A stretch of 64,000 bases of DNA from a virus. Lineage: Duplodnaviria > Heunggongvirae > Uroviricota > Caudoviricetes. A model generated the notes under the pieces. It was given only the letters and a program-made list of their open reading frames with translations, ran no database searches and was not told the origin of the DNA. Of this stretch, positions 10,238-19,938 are shown piece after piece. The translations under genes and the position numbers were made by a program. The stretch is taken from the IMG/VR virus record IMGVR_UViG_3300034157_000063; one strand, 5' to 3'. How positions within the stretch are numbered: the first letter of the stretch is position 1; each line of letters starts with the position of its first letter.

Positions 10238-10600
10238 TTAAAAAAAGTAAAGGTAGATGAAGCCTATCATCAATAAAATCGCATAAAAAATAGTCAATCG
10301 TATTTTAATCTTCTTCAATCTATTAAAAAATGGTGTATCCGGCACTTTTCTGTTGAGCCTGTGATACTTATCATTTTCTCTTGAATAGAGATAGAGCATT
10401 CCATCTTTTTCACCAAAAGAAAAACTTAATCTTCCTTTGTTTTTTATAATTTTATTAACAATTTGTGCTTCTAACACATTTCTACTTCGTTCTTGTGGAA
10501 CGGTTAATATTAAGATATCAACGACTTCTTTGATAGTGAAGTGTCTGTCAGGTTCTTTGTTTAATATCTTTTCAACATGAGATAATATCATATCAGTCAC
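10238..10600 (-). CDS. Membrane-anchored hypothetical protein, possible winged-helix N-terminus
   Basis: C-terminal TM segment LTIFYAILLMIGFIYLYFF; GTG start with AGGA SD. Confidence 0.7.
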   Translation of the reverse strand: MTDMILSHVEKILNKEPDRHFTIKEVVDILILTVPQERSRNVLEAQIVNKIIKNKGRLSFSFGEKDGMLYLYSRENDKYHRLNRKVPDTPFFNRLKKIKIRLTIFYAILLMIGFIYLYFF

Positions 10601-10718
10601 TCCTATTTTTCTTTTTAATGTATTCGTTATACGACTAAAGTCAAATAGCTTCTTGTATTAATGATTGACAAATTATGCCATTTTTAGTAAAATAATGCTA
10701 ATTTATAGAGGTCATTTC

Positions 10719-11339
10719 ATGAATGAGCGAAACATTATATTTACGCCTGAAAATATTATTTCAACCTTTGGCCTAGTCATTGATGATCGCTTTCAATATG
10801 ACATTGAACAATCGAATGGTTCTTTTCTTATTTCCTCAAAATTTTCTATTACAAAAAAAAATCAATCTAAAAAGTCCGATGATTGTTTTTCAACTGATAA
10901 TTATGAGGATGTGCTAAATCCTTGTATTGTAGCACTTGTTAATACTAATTTTAATAAAGATGGCTCTTTTACAACCGCTATTGACTTTAATAATCAGGCT
11001 ATCAGCAATTTATTAAAAGTGAGCAATAGATATCTTGAAGTATATAAGCTTATGTATGACATTAAAGAATTTAATAAGTATGATAAAGTTGATCTGGTTT
11101 TCATTGCTGATTATGAATTTACCAATAAGTTAACAATGTCTCATGTTTATTGTCAAAAAATAAAATTTCTTGAATATGTTGACGATTATCAGGGGCCAAT
11201 CGAAACTGATGTTCATTATTTTGTTAATGATTTCTTAAAAAGTTTGGATATTAAGTGCATTGATGAGCATACAGACATGGAGAATCTATATCCACTAATA
11301 GAAATGCAAAGAACAATTAACCATATGGAGAGGATTTAA
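10719..11339 (+). CDS. Hypothetical protein, MxxI-tail family (triplet member 1)
   Basis: ATG 10719 after GAGG; IFTPENIISTFG N-terminus shared with next two ORFs; ends INHMERI. Confidence 0.85.
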   Translation: MNERNIIFTPENIISTFGLVIDDRFQYDIEQSNGSFLISSKFSITKKNQSKKSDDCFSTDNYEDVLNPCIVALVNTNFNKDGSFTTAIDFNNQAISNLLKVSNRYLEVYKLMYDIKEFNKYDKVDLVFIADYEFTNKLTMSHVYCQKIKFLEYVDDYQGPIETDVHYFVNDFLKSLDIKCIDEHTDMENLYPLIEMQRTINHMERI

Positions 11340-11341
11340 AT

Positions 11342-11968
11342 ATGTCATCAATGAACGGGAATAACGTCGTTTTTAGTGCTGAAAATATAATATCGACTTT
11401 AGGTATCAATATTCAAGATGACTATAATATTAAATTTGAACCTGACCCAAGTGCTATTGATATTACGTCGAGATTTATGATTGAAAGCAAATCAAATCCA
11501 TACTCTGGTTTCTACATTGCCAGCGATAACTTTGAGAACAGTGCGACTCCCGGTTATATCGCGTCATTGCCAACCAATTTGACACGAGATGGCGTTGTCA
11601 CAATTAAGCTTGATATGCATTTACCAGAAATGACAAAAATAATGAAACGTGTAAATGATTATATTCAATTTTTTATGGTGATTAATGACCAAAAAGGTTT
11701 CTATGTTCATGAGACAGTTAGATTAGAAATTATGACTGATTATAAGTATACAGATGTTTTGTTGCTTACAAATGTCGAACTTTTTAATTTTGTCCTATAC
11801 TCACCATTAGAAACAAATTATAAGAAAAAAGAAATTAACATTGAAGATTTTGTTAATACTTATCTTTCTAAACTAGGTGTAGATAAGATTGATGCACACA
11901 CTGATGTTGATGCTTTGATGGTATTGGTGAAAATGCAGAAAACACTGGAAGCTATGGTAGCCATATAA
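11342..11968 (+). CDS. Hypothetical protein, MxxI-tail family (triplet member 2)
   Basis: VFSAENIISTLG; ends LEAMVAI. Confidence 0.85.
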   Translation: MSSMNGNNVVFSAENIISTLGINIQDDYNIKFEPDPSAIDITSRFMIESKSNPYSGFYIASDNFENSATPGYIASLPTNLTRDGVVTIKLDMHLPEMTKIMKRVNDYIQFFMVINDQKGFYVHETVRLEIMTDYKYTDVLLLTNVELFNFVLYSPLETNYKKKEINIEDFVNTYLSKLGVDKIDAHTDVDALMVLVKMQKTLEAMVAI

Positions 11969-12032
11969 TTTAAATATCACATTATTGATTATACTTTAGT
12001 ATTAATGTACCTTGTGGTTTTGGAGATTTCTA

Positions 12033-12632
12033 ATGAATAACATTGCTGTTTTTACAGAACAAAATATGATATCAAGCTTAGGCATTGAGACTAATGATGA
12101 CTTTGATGTTGAATTTTTTCGAGAAGACTCTTATGAGCATATGACATCGAGCTTATCTGTTACAGGTAGAGAAAAACAAAGTTATGGACTTTTTATTAAC
12201 AATTTAGAAACAATTAACAAAATATCATCTGTAATAGAATTCGAACCGATGTTAAGCCTTGATGGTGTTATTAAGACTTTTGTTCCTATGAACAATCCTA
12301 AAATAAAAAGTGCTCTCTATTTAATTAATCAATATATCAAAGTATTTATGGCTATTTATAGCGTTGATGAATTTAACAAGTACGATAGTTTTATGTTAAA
12401 GTTGATTGTTGATTACAACAAGGATCTAGAAATTATTAATGTAACCTCTACCACCGATCTTTTTAAATTTTATAGCTGGCATCATGATCTTGTTGAAATT
12501 GAAATTGAATCATATATTAACAATCTACTGAATCAGGTTGGTATTGAATCTCTTAATGAAGATAGTGATATTGAACAAGCCATTGATCTTTTGAAAATGC
12601 AAGAGTTGATCTATGAGATGGATTTAATTTAA
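12033..12632 (+). CDS. Hypothetical protein, MxxI-tail family (triplet member 3)
   Basis: ATG 12033 after GGAG; VFTEQNMISSLG; ends IYEMDLI. Confidence 0.85.
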   Translation: MNNIAVFTEQNMISSLGIETNDDFDVEFFREDSYEHMTSSLSVTGREKQSYGLFINNLETINKISSVIEFEPMLSLDGVIKTFVPMNNPKIKSALYLINQYIKVFMAIYSVDEFNKYDSFMLKLIVDYNKDLEIINVTSTTDLFKFYSWHHDLVEIEIESYINNLLNQVGIESLNEDSDIEQAIDLLKMQELIYEMDLI

Positions 12633-12647
12633 TAAACCAGATAAAGA

Positions 12648-12670
12648 AAAAAGACACCCTAGTGTCTTTT
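12648..12670. terminator. Bidirectional terminator
   Basis: AAAAGACAC-ccta-GTGTCTTTT between convergent genes. Confidence 0.7.
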
Positions 12671-12690
12671 CTTATTTTTAAAATTTTTAA

Positions 12691-12894
12691 TCAATGATTA
12701 TGAAAGGTGAAATTATTGGTTGGTTCATGATCTATCTTGTTCCATACTTTTTCGTGGAAGTAGAAAACAACCGTATTAATCATTGGCTCAACAATCGCCA
12801 TTAGACCACCTACCATCCAGCTACCTGTAAAAGCGTAACCTACTGTAAAGGCAACCATCATGTGTAGAATACCAAAGCTAATTGTCTTTTTCAT
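12691..12894 (-). CDS. DUF2061-family small membrane protein
   Basis: KTISFGILHMMVAF...VEPMINTVVFYFHEKVW is the characteristic DUF2061 pattern. Confidence 0.85.
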   Translation of the reverse strand: MKKTISFGILHMMVAFTVGYAFTGSWMVGGLMAIVEPMINTVVFYFHEKVWNKIDHEPTNNFTFHNH

Positions 12895-12978
12895 TTTCTA
12901 TCTCCTTTTTCTTTTAGTTTTAGCACACAAAAAAGAAGATTTAAAATTTATTAAAATGATTGCTTTAATAGTTTATTA

Positions 12979-14163
12979 CTATTTGTTTTTTAAAGTGTTT
13001 CTTTTTCTTTCTTTTCTTTCTTTGACATCATCTTTAATGTTTTCCATTGTTTCTGGTAGATTATTGATCATGTTATTTAAGAATTTTTTTAATTTGTCCA
13101 TTTCATCATCAACCATTCTTGATCGTTGACTGGATGTTAAAGATTTATCTTTATAAATTTCTCTTAGCTTGTCATTATGACCTTCATAGGTTTCTTTTTG
13201 TTTATAACCAATCATTCTTTTGTAAAAGTCTTTATTTTGTTTGTCCAAATAAGGCGTAATACTCTTTAAGGCGGTATAATCAATAGGCGTAGAATCACGG
13301 TATTTAATGTGGATATCAAAAACATGTGCTATAAGATCATTCGCTATCTTTTTGACTAATTCACGTTGTGGTTTTCTTAATAGCTCGTAATTTTCAAAAA
13401 ATTTAGTGTCTGGCACGTATATTTTTATCGAACTGGATTCTTCACCAAACCTGTGGTGGTCTAATTTAACGATGACAATATTATCTTCTGCAACTAATAA
13501 TTTATCTTTTGTAAATCCTGTTTTCGTCTGGCTGAATTTTTCTAGATACTTGTCTAAGAGTAACTGACAATTAGCATCAGTTATTATTTTATTCTTATTG
13601 ATGATGAGATAGGTGAGTAAATCATCTTCATTTCCAGCATGTGTTTTTACATAGTTATTGACATCAAACTCTTTTGAGCGGACAAGTTCTTTGAAACTTT
13701 TTACTTTAAAGACTTCGCAAGGAATTAATGCATTAGGACGGAACAAGACTTCACTTTCCACTGCTTGGCCGGATAGGTTAACATCCACTACGGTGCCTTT
13801 CTTTGCCGTAGCAGTCAATATAACACCACAGTAGCCCGCGATCTTTTCGCCTTGAACGTTACGCTTTGCTTCTTCTATTACGACTTCCATTGTAGGGAAA
13901 TACGTTTTAGTCGTTGTTGAGAAATCGTAAGCTGTGTCGTAACGTGGTGAGAACCCAGCAGCTTCTGATGATTGATAACCACCAGTAGCCTTTAACTCTT
14001 TTAAAAAGTCTTCATATTTTTCTTTTGTTGAAAAGTTAATTCCACGATATACTGTAATGTCTTCTTCGTTAGGCCATTCAGCAAGCATTTTATTAAAATC
14101 GGATTCAAGATAAATAGGATTTTCGTCTTTTGTGTAACTTCTTAACTTTTGTTCTATGTCCAT
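12979..14163 (-). CDS. Putative ADP-ribosyltransferase (R-S-E clade) with helical C-terminal region
   Basis: TVYRG ... SSEAAGFS ... VESEVLF motifs in canonical order in the N-terminal ~150 aa; basic tail. Confidence 0.55.
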   Translation of the reverse strand: MDIEQKLRSYTKDENPIYLESDFNKMLAEWPNEEDITVYRGINFSTKEKYEDFLKELKATGGYQSSEAAGFSPRYDTAYDFSTTTKTYFPTMEVVIEEAKRNVQGEKIAGYCGVILTATAKKGTVVDVNLSGQAVESEVLFRPNALIPCEVFKVKSFKELVRSKEFDVNNYVKTHAGNEDDLLTYLIINKNKIITDANCQLLLDKYLEKFSQTKTGFTKDKLLVAEDNIVIVKLDHHRFGEESSSIKIYVPDTKFFENYELLRKPQRELVKKIANDLIAHVFDIHIKYRDSTPIDYTALKSITPYLDKQNKDFYKRMIGYKQKETYEGHNDKLREIYKDKSLTSSQRSRMVDDEMDKLKKFLNNMINNLPETMENIKDDVKERKERKRNTLKNK

Positions 14164-14284
14164 TGTCAATAAGATCTAGTGTTTGTATTACTATTGTATC
14201 ATTGATTGATTTTTTTGAAAGAACTGTTGTGTTATACTTTATAATCTTATATAATAAAACCATTTAAATGAGGTTTAAATAGTT

Positions 14285-14992
14285 ATGTTGTTATTGATGC
14301 GAAGTCTTCTTGAATCTTGTTTGAAAATGATGACGTTTAGAACTATAAAAAAATACCATTATCGAGTTATTATTGAGCAAATTTTTATGCGTTTAAATAA
14401 ACTCTATAATACAACTGAATATACTTCTTTAAACTATCCAATGAAAGTTTCTGGTAATGTATTTGTTGAGTGTTGTAATCATACCAGTGGTGAAACATTG
14501 ATCTCTTTTGCTATACCATGGGAAGATGGCATAGCTGTAATAAAAAATTTTGATTTAAGTTGTCTAGATTTTTTTAAAGAGCATTTTTGTTACATAACTC
14601 GTTATTCAACAATCAACAATTTCCATTCAGTGGCTTATTTCAATAATGGAAAAATTACTAGATTTTACTTTATTATGACCATATGCTCGGCTTCAGGCCC
14701 GAGAAAAGATAATAATTATATAGAATTATCTATTACTACTGATGATCAATTTCATCTCTTGGAAATAGTAAAAAAATTATGTGTGTACTCTCCTACTTCC
14801 ATTGTTTCCAAACACTTAATTAAAAATAATGTTTCTTTTGATGATGAACTCAAATTAATAAAGCTGAAAGCTCAATCTCAAAATCCAGAAATTAATATAT
14901 TGATACCTGAAATCAATACACCATCAGCCTACGATTTCAATTCAGATGATTTTAACAATCGTTTGTTATTGGTATCAATGCTGGAGAGTTAA
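14285..14992 (+). CDS. Hypothetical protein, MxxI-tail variant
   Basis: Ends LVSMLES; start uncertain (14285 or 14387). Confidence 0.75.
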   Translation: MLLLMRSLLESCLKMMTFRTIKKYHYRVIIEQIFMRLNKLYNTTEYTSLNYPMKVSGNVFVECCNHTSGETLISFAIPWEDGIAVIKNFDLSCLDFFKEHFCYITRYSTINNFHSVAYFNNGKITRFYFIMTICSASGPRKDNNYIELSITTDDQFHLLEIVKKLCVYSPTSIVSKHLIKNNVSFDDELKLIKLKAQSQNPEINILIPEINTPSAYDFNSDDFNNRLLLVSMLES

Positions 14993-15003
14993 TCATTTAA
15001 TGG

Positions 15004-15032
15004 TTGACCAAAGGTTAGTATTATGGTATTAT
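15004..15032 (+). promoter_or_regulatory. Sigma70-type promoter of the leader-alkB unit
   Basis: TTGACC-17 nt-TATTAT with TG extension. Confidence 0.7.
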
Positions 15033-15062
15033 AATCTCTCTCAAATAAAAGGATAAATTATC

Positions 15063-15095
15063 ATGAAACTCCAAAGTCTACGACAACGGCATTAA
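15063..15095 (+). CDS. Leader peptide MKLQSLRQRH upstream of the AlkB-like gene
   Basis: AAAGGA SD; rare CTA/CGA/CGG codons; 15064-15073 is complementary to the alkB SD region 15146-15155. Confidence 0.65.
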   Translation: MKLQSLRQRH

Positions 15096-15159
15096 ACCTA
15101 AACTTTCGTTTAATTGTATTACATTGTCTTAAATTTAACTAATTATGGAGTTTTAAAAA

Positions 15160-15711
15160 ATGAAACCTATTTATGTCGCAAATTTCGTGGCTAATCCTGA
15201 TGCTGTGTTCAAAAGATTATTGAACGAGTTAGAATGGAAAAGATACGGAAACAAACCTAGAAAAGAATACTACTGCAACGATCACGATGTGCCTTATAGT
15301 TATGGCAATCCCGAGTTTGCGGATACCTATACTAGAAGTCCTTACAGTGATGACATCTTGGATATCAGATACAAGTTGGAAGAAGAATTGAAATCTATTT
15401 TTGATGTCTGCTTTTTAAATTTGTATGATGACTTTGCCGGTCACATTGGATGGCACGCTGATGACAGTCCAGAAATGGACCCTGACAGACCTATTGTCAC
15501 TGTTAGTTTGGGTGCTGAAAGAGAAATCTGGTTTAAAGAAAGACCTTCTGAAACCAGTTCTAAGGAAGTCACTAAGATTAAGTTAGGACATGGGAGTGCT
15601 TGTATCATGCCAGCCGGTATGCAAGCTACAGACTTACACAGAATCCCTAAGAATGACAGACCTTGTGGTGAAAGGGTTAGTTTGACTTACAGAGGTTATA
15701 AGTTCATATGA
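15160..15711 (+). CDS. AlkB-family 2OG-Fe(II) dioxygenase
   Basis: IGWHADD (HxD), VSLGAER, distal H, RVSLTYR motif. Confidence 0.92.
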   Translation: MKPIYVANFVANPDAVFKRLLNELEWKRYGNKPRKEYYCNDHDVPYSYGNPEFADTYTRSPYSDDILDIRYKLEEELKSIFDVCFLNLYDDFAGHIGWHADDSPEMDPDRPIVTVSLGAEREIWFKERPSETSSKEVTKIKLGHGSACIMPAGMQATDLHRIPKNDRPCGERVSLTYRGYKFI

Positions 15712-16406
15712 CCGATTTTTTGAAGCGTGTGTTTGATGTTAAATTCACTTGTCAACACGAAGAAGATAAGTTCCTAGCGGATCTCGCTATGGAACTTATT
15801 CGTGTTCATACAGATTGTGTTGTACATGAGCTGATTTCAGTGAAAAAACATATGATTAAATTAAAAAATACACACACAGGTCTTTTTTATTTTGTTTATC
15901 TCTATAAAGTTATTGACTATACTTCTGATGGTCGATACTTCTATAAAGAGCTTTCTTTTGAATTCAACATGTTATTTACTAAACGTCTTCATCTCACCTT
16001 GTCTAATTTCTACAATTACTATTCTAGACGTTATGATGTTGGTTATTTTTCTGAATTGAGAAGTAAAGTGGTATTTTCGAATAACACACAAAGCCTTCAT
16101 TTTAGATTCATCGGTGTTGATGACCATTGCACCAAGTTTATTATTGAAGATGACAAAGTTTGTCAATATAATTATTATGACGCGGAATTAATGTCCACTC
16201 AATTATTAACATTTGCAGAATTTGAAATATTATTTAAATGTTCCATATTGCATGAACATGCTAATCATCTATTGTTGGAGTATATTCCAGAGTTTTTTGG
16301 CCCTCAACAAAAAATGCCTTCTAATGATTCATTAATTGCAAATTTAGCACTGATTGATATTTTGATGTTTACACAAGGATTGTCGGGAATTGATTACACA
16401 TTGTAG
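15708..16406 (+). CDS. Hypothetical protein
   Basis: 232 aa; ATGA overlap with alkB-like gene; C-terminus resembles an extended MxxI tail. Confidence 0.7.
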   Translation: MTDFLKRVFDVKFTCQHEEDKFLADLAMELIRVHTDCVVHELISVKKHMIKLKNTHTGLFYFVYLYKVIDYTSDGRYFYKELSFEFNMLFTKRLHLTLSNFYNYYSRRYDVGYFSELRSKVVFSNNTQSLHFRFIGVDDHCTKFIIEDDKVCQYNYYDAELMSTQLLTFAEFEILFKCSILHEHANHLLLEYIPEFFGPQQKMPSNDSLIANLALIDILMFTQGLSGIDYTL

Positions 16407-17086
16407 ATGTCAGTAAGGTTAACAATGGTAAACTCTTCGTAACAAAATGCTCCTGTATCAATGTAAAATACATTACCTAAAACTAATGGATCTCTCACAA
16501 TGGTATGACCCACATACACATAATCAATATTTCTAATTTTTGATTTATCTTTACGTTTGAGCTTAGACCTACCCCAGAGAGCTTCATCGAGAGCACGAAG
16601 TGCCTCTACGCCTTTGGTGCTTTTCAATCTAGCGTCAAATATTTTCCAGTTGTCATCAGGAACCTCGGCATGAATGATGCCAATCCTTTTATTATGGACT
16701 TCTAATTCAATCGCTGCTGGTAATGTTTCAAGTTTTAAAACAACGGCTTCTTTTTTATCATCTGATAAGTTTAAGAACCATTCACCACCATATTCATCTA
16801 AATGATTAGGGTAATCACCATAACGCCAGAAATCAATCACAATAATTTCATGGTTACCTAACACGGGATAAAACCACGGCTCATCAATTAAAGCAAACAC
16901 TGCTAATGAATCAAGTCCCTTGTTCACCAAATCACCCACAGAAAATAATCTATCTTTTTCAAAGTCGAATTTAATGAATACGAGATATTCCATTAATAAT
17001 TCGTAGGAACCATGAATATCACCAATGACAAAATCTCTACCATTCATGTTTTTACTGACTTTCCTTATATGCGGTATTAATGCCAT
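16394..17086 (-). CDS. Ser/Thr protein phosphatase (lambda NinI/PphA-like metallophosphoesterase)
   Basis: GDIHG, GDLVNKG, GNHE, GHT, IDTG motifs. Confidence 0.92.
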   Translation of the reverse strand: MALIPHIRKVSKNMNGRDFVIGDIHGSYELLMEYLVFIKFDFEKDRLFSVGDLVNKGLDSLAVFALIDEPWFYPVLGNHEIIVIDFWRYGDYPNHLDEYGGEWFLNLSDDKKEAVVLKLETLPAAIELEVHNKRIGIIHAEVPDDNWKIFDARLKSTKGVEALRALDEALWGRSKLKRKDKSKIRNIDYVYVGHTIVRDPLVLGNVFYIDTGAFCYEEFTIVNLTDIYNV

Positions 17087-17089
17087 TAT

Positions 17090-17791
17090 TTACTCCAAAT
17101 ACATTTCAAATAATTTCAACTCTCTTTTCGTTAATTTCAAAAACTCTTTACCAAACAATTCCATTGTGTGTTTTTCAGATATAACATCATTAAGACCTTT
17201 TTTAAAGTCCATTCTTTTACTGGTTGATACCGTTGTTCCGCCTAACTTTAAAATATATTTCTCAACATATTGTGAACTCAACACATGTTCGTGATCAACT
17301 TTCATTTTGACGTATGATTTATTCAAAATCGCATAATCACCTTTTTCTAACATAACAAAATCTTTATGATGTCCAAATAATTTCGCAACCAATGTAATAA
17401 AATTAGCATTAGCCGGGGTAACTTCGTGTTCACCAGCCGCTGATTGATTATAAAATGAGCGTCTAATGTAATGTCTAGGTATCGTAATGGCTAATATATC
17501 GTCAGTTAATGCCCCTAGAAACTCAACAGTGTATAAATTTCTTGAAGTTTCAATACTGTTATCTATAATGCTATTGTATAATTTCATAGTATTTGACGAA
17601 TTGAATAGCTTCCAGTAAATTTCATATCTTAATTTTCTTTCGACAAGATCAGGCACATTCTCATAATCAGCAATATCTCTTAAAAACTCATTATGATAAG
17701 TTGATAAGTCATCAATAAGAATTTGACTTCTCAATGTATGAGTTATATTTTTCATTAAGGAATCATTTAAAACTATTTTATTCAAGATCAT
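17090..17791 (-). CDS. Hypothetical protein, MxxI-tail variant
   Basis: Ends LFEMYLE; shares 'EK.T..L..K....LT' with neighbours. Confidence 0.8.
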   Translation of the reverse strand: MILNKIVLNDSLMKNITHTLRSQILIDDLSTYHNEFLRDIADYENVPDLVERKLRYEIYWKLFNSSNTMKLYNSIIDNSIETSRNLYTVEFLGALTDDILAITIPRHYIRRSFYNQSAAGEHEVTPANANFITLVAKLFGHHKDFVMLEKGDYAILNKSYVKMKVDHEHVLSSQYVEKYILKLGGTTVSTSKRMDFKKGLNDVISEKHTMELFGKEFLKLTKRELKLFEMYLE

Positions 17792-17797
17792 ATCCTT

Positions 17798-18502
17798 TCA
17801 AGTATTGTTCATTTCTAAGACTAAAATGTCAGCATATGTCAAATCTGTTAACTTTTTATTTAGTAGTGGCAACGTATATTTATTTTCAATCATCTGCACC
17901 AGTTTTTCTTCAAAATCATCTTCACCTGTTGAAGCAATCGTATGATAGTAGCCTTTCACGCCCATAGCTGTGTTAAGTCCAGTAGTATCATAGTAGGTAT
18001 ACCTCATGATGTAGTCTATATTATTATTATTATCAATTTCTATAACATCATATTTTACAACATTGTGTTGGTAATGCATCCGATTTTGATGAGCACCCTC
18101 TTTATGATTTCTAAATATTCTTTGATATAATGTTATCAGTTCATACTCAGATTCTGATATAGCTAATTGAACATTGTTGTTGTAAAAGCTTCTATCAATT
18201 AAACATTCCGGTAACTGTATCTCTGTTGTCAAAAGAACAGAGTTACCTTCAATCGGGAAAGACGTTGACGCTTTTATTATACCACAATCTGGATTGTTTT
18301 CATAGCGAAATGACACTTTTAACATATGAAATGAAAATTTAGTTGTCGTTTCCCATTCTATCTGAATACGATGCCTATCCCTTGTTAAGATTTCTAATAT
18401 TTCATCATCGTAATTACTAAAAATCAACCAATTTTCTTTCTTAAAATTACTGAAGTCTTTTATTAATGTAAACGCTGTCAACATTTCAGTATAGGATGTC
18501 AT
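17798..18502 (-). CDS. Hypothetical protein, MxxI-tail variant
   Basis: Ends VLEMNNT; paralog of 18499..19260. Confidence 0.8.
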   Translation of the reverse strand: MTSYTEMLTAFTLIKDFSNFKKENWLIFSNYDDEILEILTRDRHRIQIEWETTTKFSFHMLKVSFRYENNPDCGIIKASTSFPIEGNSVLLTTEIQLPECLIDRSFYNNNVQLAISESEYELITLYQRIFRNHKEGAHQNRMHYQHNVVKYDVIEIDNNNNIDYIMRYTYYDTTGLNTAMGVKGYYHTIASTGEDDFEEKLVQMIENKYTLPLLNKKLTDLTYADILVLEMNNT

Positions 18503-19260
18503 ATTAGCCCCATTTGGATAACAGTGATGTCATCTTCGGTTAACTCATTAATTTTTTTTGCAACCATTGGTAAAGTATATTCAGTTTCTAAAAGATACCT
18601 TAATTTTTCTGCAAATAACGCATTGGATGTGTCACTTATTTTCATAAAGTGTCTGGACATTCCCGCATTTATTTGTTTTCTAGCTAATAATTCGTATGAA
18701 ACTAGATATTGAAAATCATCACTTACGCTTATTGTATTTTTTTGTTTTATTGCATGTTTTGTATTATAGGTGATAGGTGACTTAGTATTGAATAATTTAT
18801 TGTATAGTTCAATTAATTGGTAATCTTCTTCTGTGTAAATGTTTATTGTATGTTTTTTTAAAAACGATTCTTTTAAATAAATAGCTTCGATGTCAAATTC
18901 AATGTCAACAGGTATACCATTGCTATCAATGTTCGAAGCTGTTCTAAGCTCTATTGTCTCACCTGTTTTTGGTATTGTTATTGCATAAATAAGTCCAAAA
19001 GTATCCCAACTTTGAATCCAATTGACACTCTTTTCTATTACGCATTCTTTAAGAAGTATGTCTTTTTTATTCTCAAAAAGATAATCTATATGTTCTATTT
19101 TATCGACTGGAACGATGAATTCTATTTGTTCTTTGTTTAAATGAGACAAGTTTTCAACAAAAACACCTTGATTCAGTCTAATCAAGGCTTCTTTTACTTT
19201 CTTCTCTTTTTCCACTTTTACATGATTTCCAAAATCATTAAAATTATTATATTTTCTCAT
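18499..19260 (-). CDS. Hypothetical protein, MxxI-tail family
   Basis: Ends VIQMGLI. Confidence 0.8.
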   Translation of the reverse strand: MRKYNNFNDFGNHVKVEKEKKVKEALIRLNQGVFVENLSHLNKEQIEFIVPVDKIEHIDYLFENKKDILLKECVIEKSVNWIQSWDTFGLIYAITIPKTGETIELRTASNIDSNGIPVDIEFDIEAIYLKESFLKKHTINIYTEEDYQLIELYNKLFNTKSPITYNTKHAIKQKNTISVSDDFQYLVSYELLARKQINAGMSRHFMKISDTSNALFAEKLRYLLETEYTLPMVAKKINELTEDDITVIQMGLI

Positions 19261-19361
19261 ATAAGCCTCATTTTTAAGACGGTTAACTGCTCATTTTCAA
19301 ACAACATTAATCTCCAATCATTTTCAGTTAATATTGAAAGGTCATATATCAATTTCTTCAT
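19257..19361 (-). CDS. 34-aa mini-protein consisting mostly of the MxxI tail (possibly a frameshifted 42-aa gene starting at 19386)
   Basis: MKKLIYDLSILTENDWRLMLFENEQLTVLKMRLI; stop overlaps next start (ATGA); fills the gap in the operon. Confidence 0.55.
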   Translation of the reverse strand: MKKLIYDLSILTENDWRLMLFENEQLTVLKMRLI

Positions 19362-19394
19362 GTGTTAATGGTTGTTTTCTGTTCATAATATAGC

Positions 19395-19937
19395 TTATTT
19401 ATAGTGATAAATTCTGACCATCATTAATTCATCATTAGATAATTCGGAAAATTTTTTATCTGCTACCATTGCAACGAGCTTTGTTGTTAACATGTCATCT
19501 AGTATTTCAAAAAAAAATGGTTCTTTAATATTGGTTATTTGATAATCTCCATGATTAACAAGTAAATGTACGGCATAATCTTCGTCATAGGTTGTCTGAT
19601 TTGATTGCTTATCAAACGTGATATTGGAACAGTTTATTAAAACATTCTGTTTGTCTTTTTCAAATGTCATTACAAAAGGTGCGTCTAATACTTTTTCTAA
19701 TTTTCTAATCAACTTAATATTATCATAGTAATGAATAGGTACTTCATTTGAGACAAGTCTATATTTCTTATTAATGGCTGTATAGGGCACTCGATGAACA
19801 CTCACTGCATTACCATCAGTAAAGGTTAACTGGGGCGTATACCCCAGCTCCTTATTTCCTAATAAAATATCATTCGAAGTGAGCGTGTCATTAAAGACTT
19901 CCGCAAACCAGAATAATAAATCTTTTGGACTGTTCAA
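19395..19937 (-). CDS. Hypothetical protein, divergent MxxI-tail variant
   Basis: C-terminal KKFSELSNDELMMVRIYHYK resembles neighbours. Confidence 0.75.
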   Translation of the reverse strand: MNSPKDLLFWFAEVFNDTLTSNDILLGNKELGYTPQLTFTDGNAVSVHRVPYTAINKKYRLVSNEVPIHYYDNIKLIRKLEKVLDAPFVMTFEKDKQNVLINCSNITFDKQSNQTTYDEDYAVHLLVNHGDYQITNIKEPFFFEILDDMLTTKLVAMVADKKFSELSNDELMMVRIYHYK

Positions 19938-19938
19938 C

